64,000 nucleotides of DNA from Anaerolineae bacterium (GCA_027021705.1 JALUTT010000145.1:77213-141212); one strand, 5' to 3'; numbered from the stretch's first letter, positions 9,022 through 18,961 are shown. The notes: a model not told the origin generated them from the letters alone. Numbers and translations are program-made.

Positions 9022-10770
9022 ATGATGCTTGACGTGCGCTTGACGCCGGCGCAGGAACGGTTGGTGGACCAGGTACGCCAGTGGCTGGAAGCGTTGCAGG
9101 CCGCTCTGGTCGAGTTGAAGGCTACAGCGGAGGACCAGGAGGCCCTGGATCAGTCCTTGCGTCAGTTGGACGACTTCTTCCTCTTGGTTGTCGTGGGAGA
9201 GTTCAACGCGGGCAAGTCTGCCTTCATCAACGCGCTCCTGGGCCATCCCTTGCTGGAGGAGGGCGTTACCCCCACTACCCGGGCCATCCACTTGCTGCGC
9301 TACGGCGAGGAACCGGATCGCACCTTCCAGGATGGCCTCTGGATCCAGACGGCTCCTTTGGACCTGCTCCGCACCATCCACATTGTGGACACGCCGGGGA
9401 CCAACGCGGTCCTGCGGGAGCACGAGGCCATCACCGAGGCTTTCGTCCCCCGCAGCGATCTGGTTCTCTTCGTCACCTCGGCCGACCGCCCCTTCACCGA
9501 GAGCGAGCGCCGTTTCCTGGAGAAGGTACGGGCCTGGGGGAAGAAGATCCTCTTCGTCGTCAACAAGATTGACATCCTCCCCGATGAGGACGCCATCCAA
9601 AAGGTGACCGATTTCGTGGCCCAGAACGCTCAGCGGCTGCTGGGGGTGACGCCGGTGGTCTTTCCCATCTCCGCCCGGTGGGCGTTGCGGGCGCGGGAGA
9701 CGGGGGACCGGGCGGTGCTGGCCGGCAGCCGCTTCCCGGCCCTGGAGCGCTACATCCGGGAGACCCTGGACGAGGCCGGCCGCTTCCGCCTCAAGCTGCT
9801 CAACCCCCTGGGTGTGGGCCGACGACTGGCGAACCACTACCGGGAGGCGGTCGAGGCGGAGCTGGCCCTGCTGGCCGCCGACCGAGAGGCCATTGACGGC
9901 CTGGAGCGCCAACTGGCCCTCTACGAGGCCGACGTCCGACGGGATTTCCGCCTGCGGTTGAGCGAGATGGACAACTGGCTCCACGAGATGGAGAAGCGAG
10001 GGCGGCTCTTCTTCGACGAGACGCTGCGGCTGGCCCGGCTCTTCGACCTGATGAAGAAGGAACGGGTGCAGAAAGCCTTCGCCGAGCAGGTGGTTGCCGA
10101 TACGCCGGAGCGGATCGAGACGGCCATCGAGGACCTGATTGACTGGCTGGTGGACCAGGACCTGCGCCAATGGCAGGCGGTGACCGGTTACCTGGAGGCT
10201 CAGGTGAAGGCTTACGAAGACCGGCTGGTGGGGCCGACAGGGGCGCTGGGGGGAGCGCTGGCTCAGGACCGCCGCCGGCTGCTGGAATCGGTGGGGCAGG
10301 CAGCCCGCCGGACCATCGCCGGCTACGACCGGGAGGCGGAGGCGGCGATGCTGGCCGAGACGGCCCAGCGGGCCGTGGCCGAGTCGGCCCTCTTCGAGGT
10401 GGGGGCGGTGGGGTTGGGCACGTTGTTGACCTTGGTGCTGACCTCGACGGCGGCCGACCTGACGGGGCTGGCGGCGGCCGGCACCGTCGCCCTGATGGGC
10501 TTCCTGGTCATCCCCACCCGTCGGCGCCAGGCCAAGGCCCGGCTGGAGGAGAAGGTCGGGCAGTTGCGTCGCCGGCTGGTGCAGGAGCTGACCCACCACT
10601 TCGAGCGGGAGTTCAACCACAGCCTGCAGCGGATCCGCGACGCCGTGGCCCCTTACACCCGCTTCGTGCGGGCGGAGACGGCCCGGCTGGAGGCCCAACA
10701 GGCCCGCCTGGCCGAGATCGTGGAGGCGCTGCAGGCCCTGCAGGTCGAGGTGGAGCGGTGGAAGGGCTGA
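9022..10770 (+). CDS. Bacterial dynamin-like GTPase
   Basis: G1 GEFNAGKS, G2 PTT, G3 DTPG, G4 NKID; helical stalk and hydrophobic C-terminal paddle. Confidence 0.9.
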   Translation: MMLDVRLTPAQERLVDQVRQWLEALQAALVELKATAEDQEALDQSLRQLDDFFLLVVVGEFNAGKSAFINALLGHPLLEEGVTPTTRAIHLLRYGEEPDRTFQDGLWIQTAPLDLLRTIHIVDTPGTNAVLREHEAITEAFVPRSDLVLFVTSADRPFTESERRFLEKVRAWGKKILFVVNKIDILPDEDAIQKVTDFVAQNAQRLLGVTPVVFPISARWALRARETGDRAVLAGSRFPALERYIRETLDEAGRFRLKLLNPLGVGRRLANHYREAVEAELALLAADREAIDGLERQLALYEADVRRDFRLRLSEMDNWLHEMEKRGRLFFDETLRLARLFDLMKKERVQKAFAEQVVADTPERIETAIEDLIDWLVDQDLRQWQAVTGYLEAQVKAYEDRLVGPTGALGGALAQDRRRLLESVGQAARRTIAGYDREAEAAMLAETAQRAVAESALFEVGAVGLGTLLTLVLTSTAADLTGLAAAGTVALMGFLVIPTRRRQAKARLEEKVGQLRRRLVQELTHHFEREFNHSLQRIRDAVAPYTRFVRAETARLEAQQARLAEIVEALQALQVEVERWKG

Positions 10771-12326
10771 TGGGGGAGCAGGCTCCTGGGATGGTGCGCC
10801 GGGACTTCTGGCGGTTGGCCTGGGACTTGCTGGTTCACGACATCACCCTGGCCCTCTTGCTGGTCGGGGTGGCCTTGACCTCTTTGCTCCTCGCCGTGCT
10901 CCCTCAGATGCCGGCCGGCGGGCCGGCGGGTGACCCTTCGGCCTACGCCCGCTGGATCAGCGAGGTGACCCGCACCTGGGGGCGGTGGCGAGGGCTCCTG
11001 GAGGGGGCGGGGCTCTTCGCCATTGGGCGGGCGGTCTGGTTTCGCCTCCTCCTGGCGGCGACGGCCTTGAGCTTGGGGTTGCGGGGTGTCCGGGCGATCT
11101 GGCAGCTCTGGGAGGGGCGGCAGCCCGTCGCGTCGCCGCCGGCGGGCCTGCCCAGGGCATCGCTGGAGGGGACACCCTCGGCGCTGGCCCGGCGGCTCCG
11201 GCAACAGCGCTGGCGGCTCCGCACCGCCCCCGACGACGACACCCACACCCTCTACCTGGCCGACCGCTGGCCTTGGGGGCCGCTCGGCGGCCTGTTGGCC
11301 CATTGGGGGCCGCTCCTCTGGCTGGTCGGCCTGCTCCTCTGGGCGACCGGCGGCTGGGAGGTGCGGGAGATCCGGCTGGCGGCGGGCCAGGCAGCCGCGC
11401 TGGGGGGCGGGACCGACTACACGGTCGAGTTGCACGCCCTGGATGCGGCCTCCTCTCAGGCCCAAGTGATCCTCTGGAGTCGAGGGGTGGCGGTGGGGCA
11501 GGGAACCGTCGGGTCGGGACAGGTCCTGCGGACGGGGGGGCTGGTCGTGCGCCTGACGGCCGTCCGCTACGCCCTGGAGGTCGAGGGCACCACGGCCGAT
11601 GGGGAGCCGTTGCCCCTGCGCATCGCCGCCAGTGCCAACCCCGAGGAGCGCCTCTTCCTGCTCTTTGCGCCGGATCAGGTGGACCAGTACTTCGCAGCGC
11701 CGGAGGCGGAGTTCGCCGCCCAGGTCACGCTGACCGACCTGGAGGCGCCGGTGCCTCGGCTGCGCATCTACCGCAGCCGGACGGGAGCCCCCGTCTACGA
11801 CGCCCCGTTGCCGGAGGATGGGGTGGTCGCCCTCTCCAACGCCACCCTGCACTTCCGACCTACCCACTACGCCGTGCTGGAGGCGGTGCGCAACCCCGGC
11901 CTGCCCTGGCAAGGGGTTGGGCTGACCCTGACCGGGGTGGGGGTGCTGGGGATGCTCTTCTGGCCGGCCTGGCGTCTCTGGTTGCGGGAAGGTGGCACCG
12001 AGGGGGAAGAGGACGAGGCCCGGCCGCGCACCGAGGTGGTGGGCGAGCCGCCGGCGGCCTTGGTCTGGCTGGAGGGGTGGGCGGCCGGTGGGGAGGCGAC
12101 GCAGGGTTGGCGTCCTCGGCTCCTGGGGTGGGGGCCGTCCTTCTTGGTGGCCCTGGTCACGTTGGGGTTGCTGGGGGTGGCCGCCGGAGGGATGGTGACG
12201 CAGGGACGTTTCCCGGCCCGACCGATGGAGTGGGAGGCGTTGGCCGGGTGGCTCCTCCTGGTGGCAGGGGGGCTGTGTCGGAGGACACTGCTCGCTCGCA
12301 AATGGCGCCCCCCAGATGGTCTATGA
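10770..12326 (+). CDS. ResB/Ccs1-like cytochrome c biogenesis membrane protein (divergent)
   Basis: ATG overlaps the dynamin TGA. LAVLPQ, GLF.I..A.WFR.LL, G.LLAH.G.LL and RNPG.P...G follow the ResB layout. Confidence 0.65.
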   Translation: MGEQAPGMVRRDFWRLAWDLLVHDITLALLLVGVALTSLLLAVLPQMPAGGPAGDPSAYARWISEVTRTWGRWRGLLEGAGLFAIGRAVWFRLLLAATALSLGLRGVRAIWQLWEGRQPVASPPAGLPRASLEGTPSALARRLRQQRWRLRTAPDDDTHTLYLADRWPWGPLGGLLAHWGPLLWLVGLLLWATGGWEVREIRLAAGQAAALGGGTDYTVELHALDAASSQAQVILWSRGVAVGQGTVGSGQVLRTGGLVVRLTAVRYALEVEGTTADGEPLPLRIAASANPEERLFLLFAPDQVDQYFAAPEAEFAAQVTLTDLEAPVPRLRIYRSRTGAPVYDAPLPEDGVVALSNATLHFRPTHYAVLEAVRNPGLPWQGVGLTLTGVGVLGMLFWPAWRLWLREGGTEGEEDEARPRTEVVGEPPAALVWLEGWAAGGEATQGWRPRLLGWGPSFLVALVTLGLLGVAAGGMVTQGRFPARPMEWEALAGWLLLVAGGLCRRTLLARKWRPPDGL

Positions 12327-12371
12327 GCTGAGCACTCCTGGGCCTTTTGAACACACCTGTGGGGAGGGCGT

Positions 12372-12602
12372 GTGAATGCGCCGGCCATCTCTCGTGCCGT
12401 CTCTGCCTACGCAGCCCAGTTGAGCTTGGGAACCAGCGTGGTAGAGTATTTGAAGATCCCTGTTTGGGATCCGGCGAACTCCATTCATCGGCGATTGGCG
12501 CAACTGGCCAAGGAGATAACTGCAAGGGGGAAACCGCCTACGCAGGGTGAGATCCGCGAGGTAGACCGGCTGGCTATGAAAATCCTCGACCCGAGAGCGT
12601 GA
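12372..12602 (+). pseudogene. C-terminal fragment resembling a type IIG/N6-methyltransferase R-M protein
   Basis: NAPAI...EYLKIPVWDPANSIHRRLAQLA...EVDRLA resembles R-M fusion C-termini; no MTase motifs; AT-richer than flanks. Confidence 0.5.
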
Positions 12603-12654
12603 AGTGGACCTAGCACCTCTCGTCCGCACGACGCCGCGTGAACTTTAGCTTGAT

Positions 12655-12900
12655 ATGAAGACGGTGGTTGTGGAAGCAGAAGTGCAGGAGGACGGCCGGC
12701 TGCGCCTGGATACACCGGTGGACCTGCCGCCGGGCAGAGTTGAGGTCGTCCTGGTCATTCAGCCGACTGAGACCTCCGGTCCTCCTTACCCAACCTTGGC
12801 AGGGCGCTGGCGCGACCTGTTTCCTCTCGATTTCGACCTGGACCGTGCACTGCACGAGATCCGCCATGCATGGGAGCAGGAGTGGGAGAGCTTAGGGTAG
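12655..12900 (+). CDS. Small AbrB-like putative antitoxin (orphan)
   Basis: MKTVVVEAEVQEDGRLRLD.P.DLPPGRVEVVLV...L.EIR.AW pattern, typical of proteins preceding PIN toxins. Confidence 0.55.
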   Translation: MKTVVVEAEVQEDGRLRLDTPVDLPPGRVEVVLVIQPTETSGPPYPTLAGRWRDLFPLDFDLDRALHEIRHAWEQEWESLG

Positions 12901-14987
12901 GTGGACCGGGGCTAGAAAGAGCGCTGCTCTCCGTCGCCCGGCGGTTCTGGCCCGCCCTGGGGACGATGGAGGGGCGGGAACGGACCGTCGGGGTGGGGGA
13001 TGTGGTGGGCGTCCTCTACAGCCTCCCCCTGCTGCTGGGGGGCTTGGCCTGGTTGGCCGCCGCTACCGACCCGGCGGTCCTGCGGCAAGCCTGGCCAGTG
13101 CTCCTGCTCCTCTTCCTCCTCCTCTTCCTCTTCCAGCGGCTTGCGTTTTACCTCTTCGTCGAGATCAGGCCGGGGACCTTCGCCAACTTCGAGGGAACGC
13201 TGGGGGCCGTGGTCGTCTGGTCGGCGGCCCTCATCTTCGGCCCGACGGCCCTGTGGCCCCTGGTCCTCCGCCAGGCCATCGGCTTCGCCCGGCACTGGCG
13301 GCGGGCTGCCTCCCCCGGCCTGCGCTGGAACCTGGCCCGCAATGCGACGCTGGGGATCGCGGAGGCGGCCGTCAGCAGCCTGACCGCCCTGGCCCTCTAC
13401 GAACGCTGGGGCGGCCTCTTCCCCCTGCCGGGGCTGCGGCCCGATGCGGCCCTGCTGGCCCTCGCCGCGACCTTCATCCGCTTCCTGCTGGCGGCCCTGA
13501 TCTGGATGCCCTTGGTGGTCTACTTCGCCACCGCCCGGCCCCTGGCCCTGGCCGAGAGTGCGGCCGCGCTGAGGACCTTCGTCGGCTTCCTGGTGATGGC
13601 GCTGGGCTGGCCGGCCCTGGTGGATCCCTTCGCCATCCTGGCGGCGGGCCTCTACGCCCAGAGCGGGGTGGGGGCCTACCTCTTCTTCATCCTCGGGCTG
13701 CTCCTGACCAGCCTCTTGGCCCACCGGTTGAGCCAGGCCGTCGAGCGGAGCCAGCAGCGCTCCCGCGAGCTGGCGAAGCTGGAGGCCCTGGGCCGCGCGG
13801 TGATCAAGGCCCCGCCCGATGCCTCCACCCTGCCCGACCTCCTGCGCGAGCACGTCCCCGCCATGTTCCCGGAGAGCCGGATCGCCATCCGCCTCTTCCC
13901 CGACCGGACCCTCCTGCGCTATCCCCGGGGAGAGCCGCCGGTGGCCGACGCCGCCTGGACGTGGCTGGAGACGGCGGACGAGGCCCGTTGCTTCCTGCCG
14001 GGGGCGGCGCTGCCCTGGGACGGGCGGCCGACCGAGAGGGCGTTGGTGGTGGCCCCCATCCTCGACGTGGAGCGGGGGGAGCCCATCGGGGGGATCTGCC
14101 TGTCGCCGCTGCGGGAGCCCAAGGCGGCGGTGGGGCTGCTCCCGGCGGTGCAGGCCCTGGCCGCCCAGGTCGCCTCGGCCCTGCACGGTGCCGAGGTCTA
14201 CGCCCGGACCCTGGCCCACCAGCGGGTGGCTCAGGAGCTGGCCCTGGCGGGGAGGATCCAGGCCAGCTTCCTGCCGGGAGCCTTGCCGGAGGTCCCCGGG
14301 TGGCAGGTGGCGGCGGTGCTGGAGCCGGCCCGGGAGACCTCGGGCGACTTTTACGACTTCATCCCCCTGTCCGACGGGCGGTTGGGCCTCCTGGTCGCCG
14401 ACGTGGCCGACAAAGGGGTGGGGGCGGCCCTCTACATGGCCCTCAGCCGCACCCTCCTGCGCACCTACGCGGTCGAGTACGCGACCCGGCCCGAACGGGT
14501 GCTCGCCGCCGCCAACCGGCGCATCCTGGCCGACGCCCAGGCGGGCCTCTTCATCACCGTCTTCTACGGCGTGCTCGACCCGCCCAGCGGGAGGCTCACC
14601 TACGCCAGCGCCGGCCACAACCCGCCCTACCTCGTCCGGGCGGCCGGCGAAGCGGGGAGAGCGGTGCAGACCCTGCGGAGGACGGGCATCCCCCTGGGCA
14701 TCCTCGACGAAGGGACCTGGGAGCGGCGGACGGTCCACCTGGCCCCCGGCGACCTGCTGGTGCTCTATACCGACGGCGTCACCGAGGCCCAGAACGCCCA
14801 GGGGCGTTTCTTCGGCGAGGAGCGGCTGCTGGCGGTCCTGCAGGCCCATCGGGAACGCCCGGCCCAGGCGGTGTGCGACGCGCTGTTGACGGCGGTCCGG
14901 GAGTTCGCCGGGGGAGCCCCTCCGTCGGACGACATCACCCTGGTCGTCGTGGCACGACAGGGAGCGCGGAAGGAGGCAGAGACCTGA
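12870..14987 (+). CDS. Membrane-bound PP2C/SpoIIE (RsbU-like) phosphatase with multi-TM sensor and GAF-like region
   Basis: A.RIQASFLP, SGDFYD, VADVADKG..AAL.M, SAGHNPP, LYTDGVTEA, DDIT; start uncertain. Confidence 0.88.
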   Translation: MGAGVGELRVGGPGLERALLSVARRFWPALGTMEGRERTVGVGDVVGVLYSLPLLLGGLAWLAAATDPAVLRQAWPVLLLLFLLLFLFQRLAFYLFVEIRPGTFANFEGTLGAVVVWSAALIFGPTALWPLVLRQAIGFARHWRRAASPGLRWNLARNATLGIAEAAVSSLTALALYERWGGLFPLPGLRPDAALLALAATFIRFLLAALIWMPLVVYFATARPLALAESAAALRTFVGFLVMALGWPALVDPFAILAAGLYAQSGVGAYLFFILGLLLTSLLAHRLSQAVERSQQRSRELAKLEALGRAVIKAPPDASTLPDLLREHVPAMFPESRIAIRLFPDRTLLRYPRGEPPVADAAWTWLETADEARCFLPGAALPWDGRPTERALVVAPILDVERGEPIGGICLSPLREPKAAVGLLPAVQALAAQVASALHGAEVYARTLAHQRVAQELALAGRIQASFLPGALPEVPGWQVAAVLEPARETSGDFYDFIPLSDGRLGLLVADVADKGVGAALYMALSRTLLRTYAVEYATRPERVLAAANRRILADAQAGLFITVFYGVLDPPSGRLTYASAGHNPPYLVRAAGEAGRAVQTLRRTGIPLGILDEGTWERRTVHLAPGDLLVLYTDGVTEAQNAQGRFFGEERLLAVLQAHRERPAQAVCDALLTAVREFAGGAPPSDDITLVVVARQGARKEAET

Positions 14988-16117
14988 TGGACGACGTGGT
15001 CATTGTCGCAGCGGTGCGGACGCCGGTGGGGCGGGGGAAGCCCGATGGAGCGCTGAGCGCCATCCCGCCGGTCAAGCTGCTGGCCTTGGTGCTGCGGGAG
15101 GTCGTGCGCCGGGCCGGCGTCGAGCCGGGGCAGGTGGAAGATGTGATCGTCGGCTGCGTCACCCAGACGGGGGAGCAGGGGGCCAACATCGCCCGCCTGG
15201 CGGCCCTCTACGCCGGCTTCCCCGTGGAGGTGCCGGCCCTCAGCCTCAACCGGATGTGCGGCTCCAGCCAACAGGCGGCCCACTTCGCCGCCCAGGCCAT
15301 CCTGGCGGGCGATATGGAGCTGGTCATCGCCGCCGGCGTCGAGAGCATGAGCCGGGTGCCGATGGGGAGCGACTGGCCCTCCCAGTGGCCCGCCGACTTC
15401 CCCTACCCACTGGTCCATCAGGGGATCAGCGCCGAGATGATGGCCGAGCGGTGGGGGCTCTCGCGGGAGGAGCTGGACGACTTTTCTTTCGAGAGCCACC
15501 GGAAGGCGGCGGCGGCCACCCGGGCCGGCCACTTCCAGGCCGAGATCGTGCCGGTGGAGACGGAGCGGGGGGAGGTCACGGTGGACGAGGGGATCCGCTT
15601 CGAGCCCGATCGGGAGAAGATGGCGGCCCTGAAGCCGGTCTTCAAGGCGGACGGCGTCATCACGGCCGGCAACGCCAGCCAGATCTCCGACGGGGCGGCG
15701 GCCCTGCTGCTGGCCTCGGGGCGGCGGGCGGCCGCGCTGGGGCTGCGACCGCTGGCGGTGGTGCGGGCGCGGGCGGTGGTGGGGACCGACCCGGTGCTGA
15801 TGCTGGACGGGCCGATCCCGGCGACCCGGGCGGTGTTGCAGCGGGCGGGGCTTCGCCTGGCCGACATAGACAGCTTCGAGGTGAACGAAGCCTTCGCCTC
15901 GGTGCCCCTGGCCTGGGCCCGGGAACTCCGGCCCCCGATGGAGCGGGTGAACCCCGACGGCGGGGCCATCGCCCTGGGCCATCCCCTGGGGGCGACGGGG
16001 GCGCGGCTGATGACGACGCTGGCCCACCGGCTGGTCCGCACCGGAGCCCGCTATGGCCTGCAGACGATGTGCATCGGCCACGGCATGGCCACGGCGACGA
16101 TCCTGGAGCGGGCGTAG
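14987..16117 (+). CDS. Thiolase (acetyl-CoA C-acyltransferase)
   Basis: AVRTPVG, NRMCGSS, TAGNASQISDGA, NEAFA, GHPLGATG, CIGHG; ATG overlaps the upstream TGA. Confidence 0.95.
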   Translation: MDDVVIVAAVRTPVGRGKPDGALSAIPPVKLLALVLREVVRRAGVEPGQVEDVIVGCVTQTGEQGANIARLAALYAGFPVEVPALSLNRMCGSSQQAAHFAAQAILAGDMELVIAAGVESMSRVPMGSDWPSQWPADFPYPLVHQGISAEMMAERWGLSREELDDFSFESHRKAAAATRAGHFQAEIVPVETERGEVTVDEGIRFEPDREKMAALKPVFKADGVITAGNASQISDGAAALLLASGRRAAALGLRPLAVVRARAVVGTDPVLMLDGPIPATRAVLQRAGLRLADIDSFEVNEAFASVPLAWARELRPPMERVNPDGGAIALGHPLGATGARLMTTLAHRLVRTGARYGLQTMCIGHGMATATILERA

Positions 16118-16136
16118 GGCATGTCTGGAGACGCCG

Positions 16137-16165
16137 TTGTCGAAACCGCCTCGCTGTACTATAAT
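16137..16165 (+). promoter_or_regulatory. Sigma70-type promoter
   Basis: TTGTCG-17 bp-TATAAT. Confidence 0.65.
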
Positions 16166-16194
16166 CCTTAACAGACCTGGCGAGGAGAGGTGAG

Positions 16195-18549
16195 ATGCGT
16201 TACGACATCCAGGCGATGCCCAAAGTGCTGGCTGTCTACCTGCGGCTCTCCGAGTACCCCATCCTGGCCCGGAGGATTCGGGAGCGGATGCGCCAGGAGC
16301 TCTTTGCCCGGGGCATCATCAGCCGTGAGCAGTTCGAGGCCGAGGTGCGGGCCAAGGCCATCCACACTCAGAAGGAAGAGGGGCTCTCGAACCCCCTGGT
16401 CCAGGAGTCGGCCGAGGAGTGGGAGGAGCGGGTCCGCATCATCCGCGACCACCTCACCGACTTCTACTTTGCCCTGAACCTCCCCTATACCCTCTTCGAG
16501 GAGATCGTCCGCTCCGTCCTCAGCCCTCGGAGGCCGGGGGAGGAGATCATCCTGACCTTCAACCCCGAGCTGGCCCCCTGGGACATCCTCTTCGCCCAGG
16601 CCGAAGAGTACGAGAAGCTGCCGCCGGAGAAGAAGGCCAAGATCCACCATCACCTCCAGGAGATCATCGTCGTCCTGACCCGGGGGATGATCAGCGACCA
16701 GTTGGACTTCATCGCCCTGGCCCGGACCCATTTCAACATCTTTGACCTGAAGCGGATCTACCAGAGCCGCATCGGGCGGGGCAAGATCGGGGGCAAGGCG
16801 GCGGGGATCATGCTGGCCTACAAGATCCTGCGGGAGGATGATCCCGAGGACCCTCTGCCCATCAGTCAGCATGTCGCCGTCCCAGAGTCCTACTTCCTGG
16901 GGGCCGACGTCTTCTACGACTTCCTGGCCTACAACGAGCTCTTTCCCTACTTCAATCAGAAGTACAGGACGCGGGAGGAGATCGAGGCCAGCTACCCCCG
17001 GATTTACCACAACTTCATTCAGGGCCACTTCCCCGAGGATGTGGTGGAGCGGCTGGAGGCGCTGCTAGAGCGGGTGGGGAACCGTCCGCTGATCGTGCGC
17101 TCCTCCAGTCTGCTGGAGGACAACTTTGGCTACTCCTTCGCCGGCAAGTACGACAGCTTCTTCTGCCCCAACCAGGGGACGCCGGAGGAGAACCTGCGGG
17201 CGCTGCTCAACGCCATCCGCCGCGTCTACGCCAGCACCCTGAAGCCTGATGCTCTCTTCTACCGCCAGCAGGTGGGGCTGGTGGACTATGACGAACGGAT
17301 GGCCGTCCTGATCCAGCGGGTCGAGGGCTTCCAGTATGGGCGTTACTTCTTCCCGCCTGTGGCTGGCGTTGGGTTCAGCCGCAACCCCTTCCGCTGGAAC
17401 CGGCGCATCCGACGGGAGGATGGCTTCCTGCGGCTGGTCTGGGGGCTGGGGACCCGGGCGGTGGACCGGGTGGCCAACGACTACCCCCGCATCGTCGCCC
17501 TCAGCCACCCTCAGCTTCGCCCGGAGATGACGGCGGCGAAGATCAAGAAGTACTCCCAGCGCTTTGTGGACGTGATAGACCTGGAGGAGAACCGCTTCAA
17601 GACCCTGCCTGTCGCCGAGGTAATCTCCAGCGACTATCCGGGCATCGAGTTGCTGGCCTCGGTGGACGAGGGGGACTACCTGCGGCCCCTCCACTTCCGG
17701 GAGCCGAACCTGCCGCCCCGGTCGCTGGTGCTCACTTTCGACCGCCTGCTTCGGGAGAAGAGCTTTACCACCCTGATGCGGGCGATCCTGAAGAAGCTGG
17801 AGTGGGCCTACGGCCGGCCGGTGGACATCGAGTTCGCCCTGGAGATTGTGCCGGATTACCCGCACCCTCGGTTCGTCGTTCACCTGCTCCAGTGCCGGCC
17901 CCTGAGCAGTTGGGAGCCCCAGCGGGTCTACCAGCTCCCTCAGCACGTCTCGGAGCGGGACATCGTCTTCGTCGCCACCCGCCTGGTGCCTGAGGGGGTT
18001 GTCTCCCGGGTCGAGTACGTGGTCTACGTGGATCCCCACAAGTACGACGCCATCCCGGACCACGCGACCAAGTACGCCATCGGTCGGGTCATCGGACGCT
18101 TGAACAAGAAGCTGGAGGGCCACCCCTACATCTTGATCGGACCGGGCCGGTGGGGGAGTTCCAACATTGACCTGGGGGTGAAAGTGACGTATGCGGACAT
18201 CTACAACGCTTCGATGCTGGTCGAGGTCGCCTTCGCCGGCGCCGAGGGGACGCCCGAGGTCTCCTACGGCACCCACTTCTTCCAAGACCTGATCGAGGCC
18301 AACATCTATCCACTGCCCCTCTACCCCGACGAGGATGGCGCGGTCTTCAACCGGACCTTCTTCGAGACCTCGCCCAACGTGCTGACGCGGTTCCTGCCGG
18401 AGGATGCCCGGTACGCCGACTACGTTCGGGTCATTGACGTCCGGGAGGTGGCGGGCGGTCGGCTGTTGGAGGTGGTGATGAGCGCCGATGAGGAGCGGGC
18501 GGTGGCCTACCTACGCCGCTATCCCGATGATGGACGCGATGGGAGGTGA
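16195..18549 (+). CDS. PEP/pyruvate-binding (PPDK_N ATP-grasp) domain protein
   Basis: IGGKAAG, VRSSSLLED...FAGKY, GLGTRAV, DIEFA, LLQCRP, GPGRWGS, SYGTHFFQDL; no phospho-His swivel domain seen. Confidence 0.85.
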   Translation: MRYDIQAMPKVLAVYLRLSEYPILARRIRERMRQELFARGIISREQFEAEVRAKAIHTQKEEGLSNPLVQESAEEWEERVRIIRDHLTDFYFALNLPYTLFEEIVRSVLSPRRPGEEIILTFNPELAPWDILFAQAEEYEKLPPEKKAKIHHHLQEIIVVLTRGMISDQLDFIALARTHFNIFDLKRIYQSRIGRGKIGGKAAGIMLAYKILREDDPEDPLPISQHVAVPESYFLGADVFYDFLAYNELFPYFNQKYRTREEIEASYPRIYHNFIQGHFPEDVVERLEALLERVGNRPLIVRSSSLLEDNFGYSFAGKYDSFFCPNQGTPEENLRALLNAIRRVYASTLKPDALFYRQQVGLVDYDERMAVLIQRVEGFQYGRYFFPPVAGVGFSRNPFRWNRRIRREDGFLRLVWGLGTRAVDRVANDYPRIVALSHPQLRPEMTAAKIKKYSQRFVDVIDLEENRFKTLPVAEVISSDYPGIELLASVDEGDYLRPLHFREPNLPPRSLVLTFDRLLREKSFTTLMRAILKKLEWAYGRPVDIEFALEIVPDYPHPRFVVHLLQCRPLSSWEPQRVYQLPQHVSERDIVFVATRLVPEGVVSRVEYVVYVDPHKYDAIPDHATKYAIGRVIGRLNKKLEGHPYILIGPGRWGSSNIDLGVKVTYADIYNASMLVEVAFAGAEGTPEVSYGTHFFQDLIEANIYPLPLYPDEDGAVFNRTFFETSPNVLTRFLPEDARYADYVRVIDVREVAGGRLLEVVMSADEERAVAYLRRYPDDGRDGR

Positions 18550-18557
18550 TCTCGGAG

Positions 18558-18824
18558 ATGTCAGCTTCAGACGTGGGAGCCGAAAAGGGTCTGACGGTCT
18601 ACGGCACCACCTGGTGTCCCAGCGTGCGGCGTGTCCGGCGTTTCCTGGACCGCCGTCAGATCCCGTACCGGTGGGTGGACATTGACGAAGACGCCGAGGG
18701 GCGGGCCTTCGTCGAACAAGTCAACAACGGGATGCGCAGCGTGCCCACCATCGTCTTTGAGGATCGTTCGATCCTGGTGGAGCCCAGCATCGCCGAGTTG
18801 GCGGCGAAGCTGGGGGTGGAATAA
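18558..18824 (+). CDS. Glutaredoxin/NrdH/mycoredoxin-like protein
   Basis: VYGTTWCPSV, WVDIDED, NNGMRSVPTI, LVEPS. Confidence 0.8.
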   Translation: MSASDVGAEKGLTVYGTTWCPSVRRVRRFLDRRQIPYRWVDIDEDAEGRAFVEQVNNGMRSVPTIVFEDRSILVEPSIAELAAKLGVE

Positions 18825-18827
18825 GAC

Positions 18828-18924
18828 ACCCTCCCGCAGGTCCTCCCTACGGCCTGGATCGCGTCGTAGGCTGCCTCCGACAGGCTACGGCGGTCACCGG
18901 GCCTCGCAGGGCCTGCGGGAGGGT
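18828..18924. repeat. Family A-related element: same inner stem, different interior
   Basis: ACCCTCCCGCAGG (18828) ... CCTGCGGGAGGGT (ends 18924), followed by AACGGTT. Confidence 0.8.
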
Positions 18925-18961
18925 AACGGTTTTGGAAGGCCCTAAATGCCCGCGACAACCC

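Noticed and set aside
18600..18630. Selenocysteine in the redoxin active site
   Set aside because: Codons are TGT CCC AGC GTG, with no in-frame TGA.
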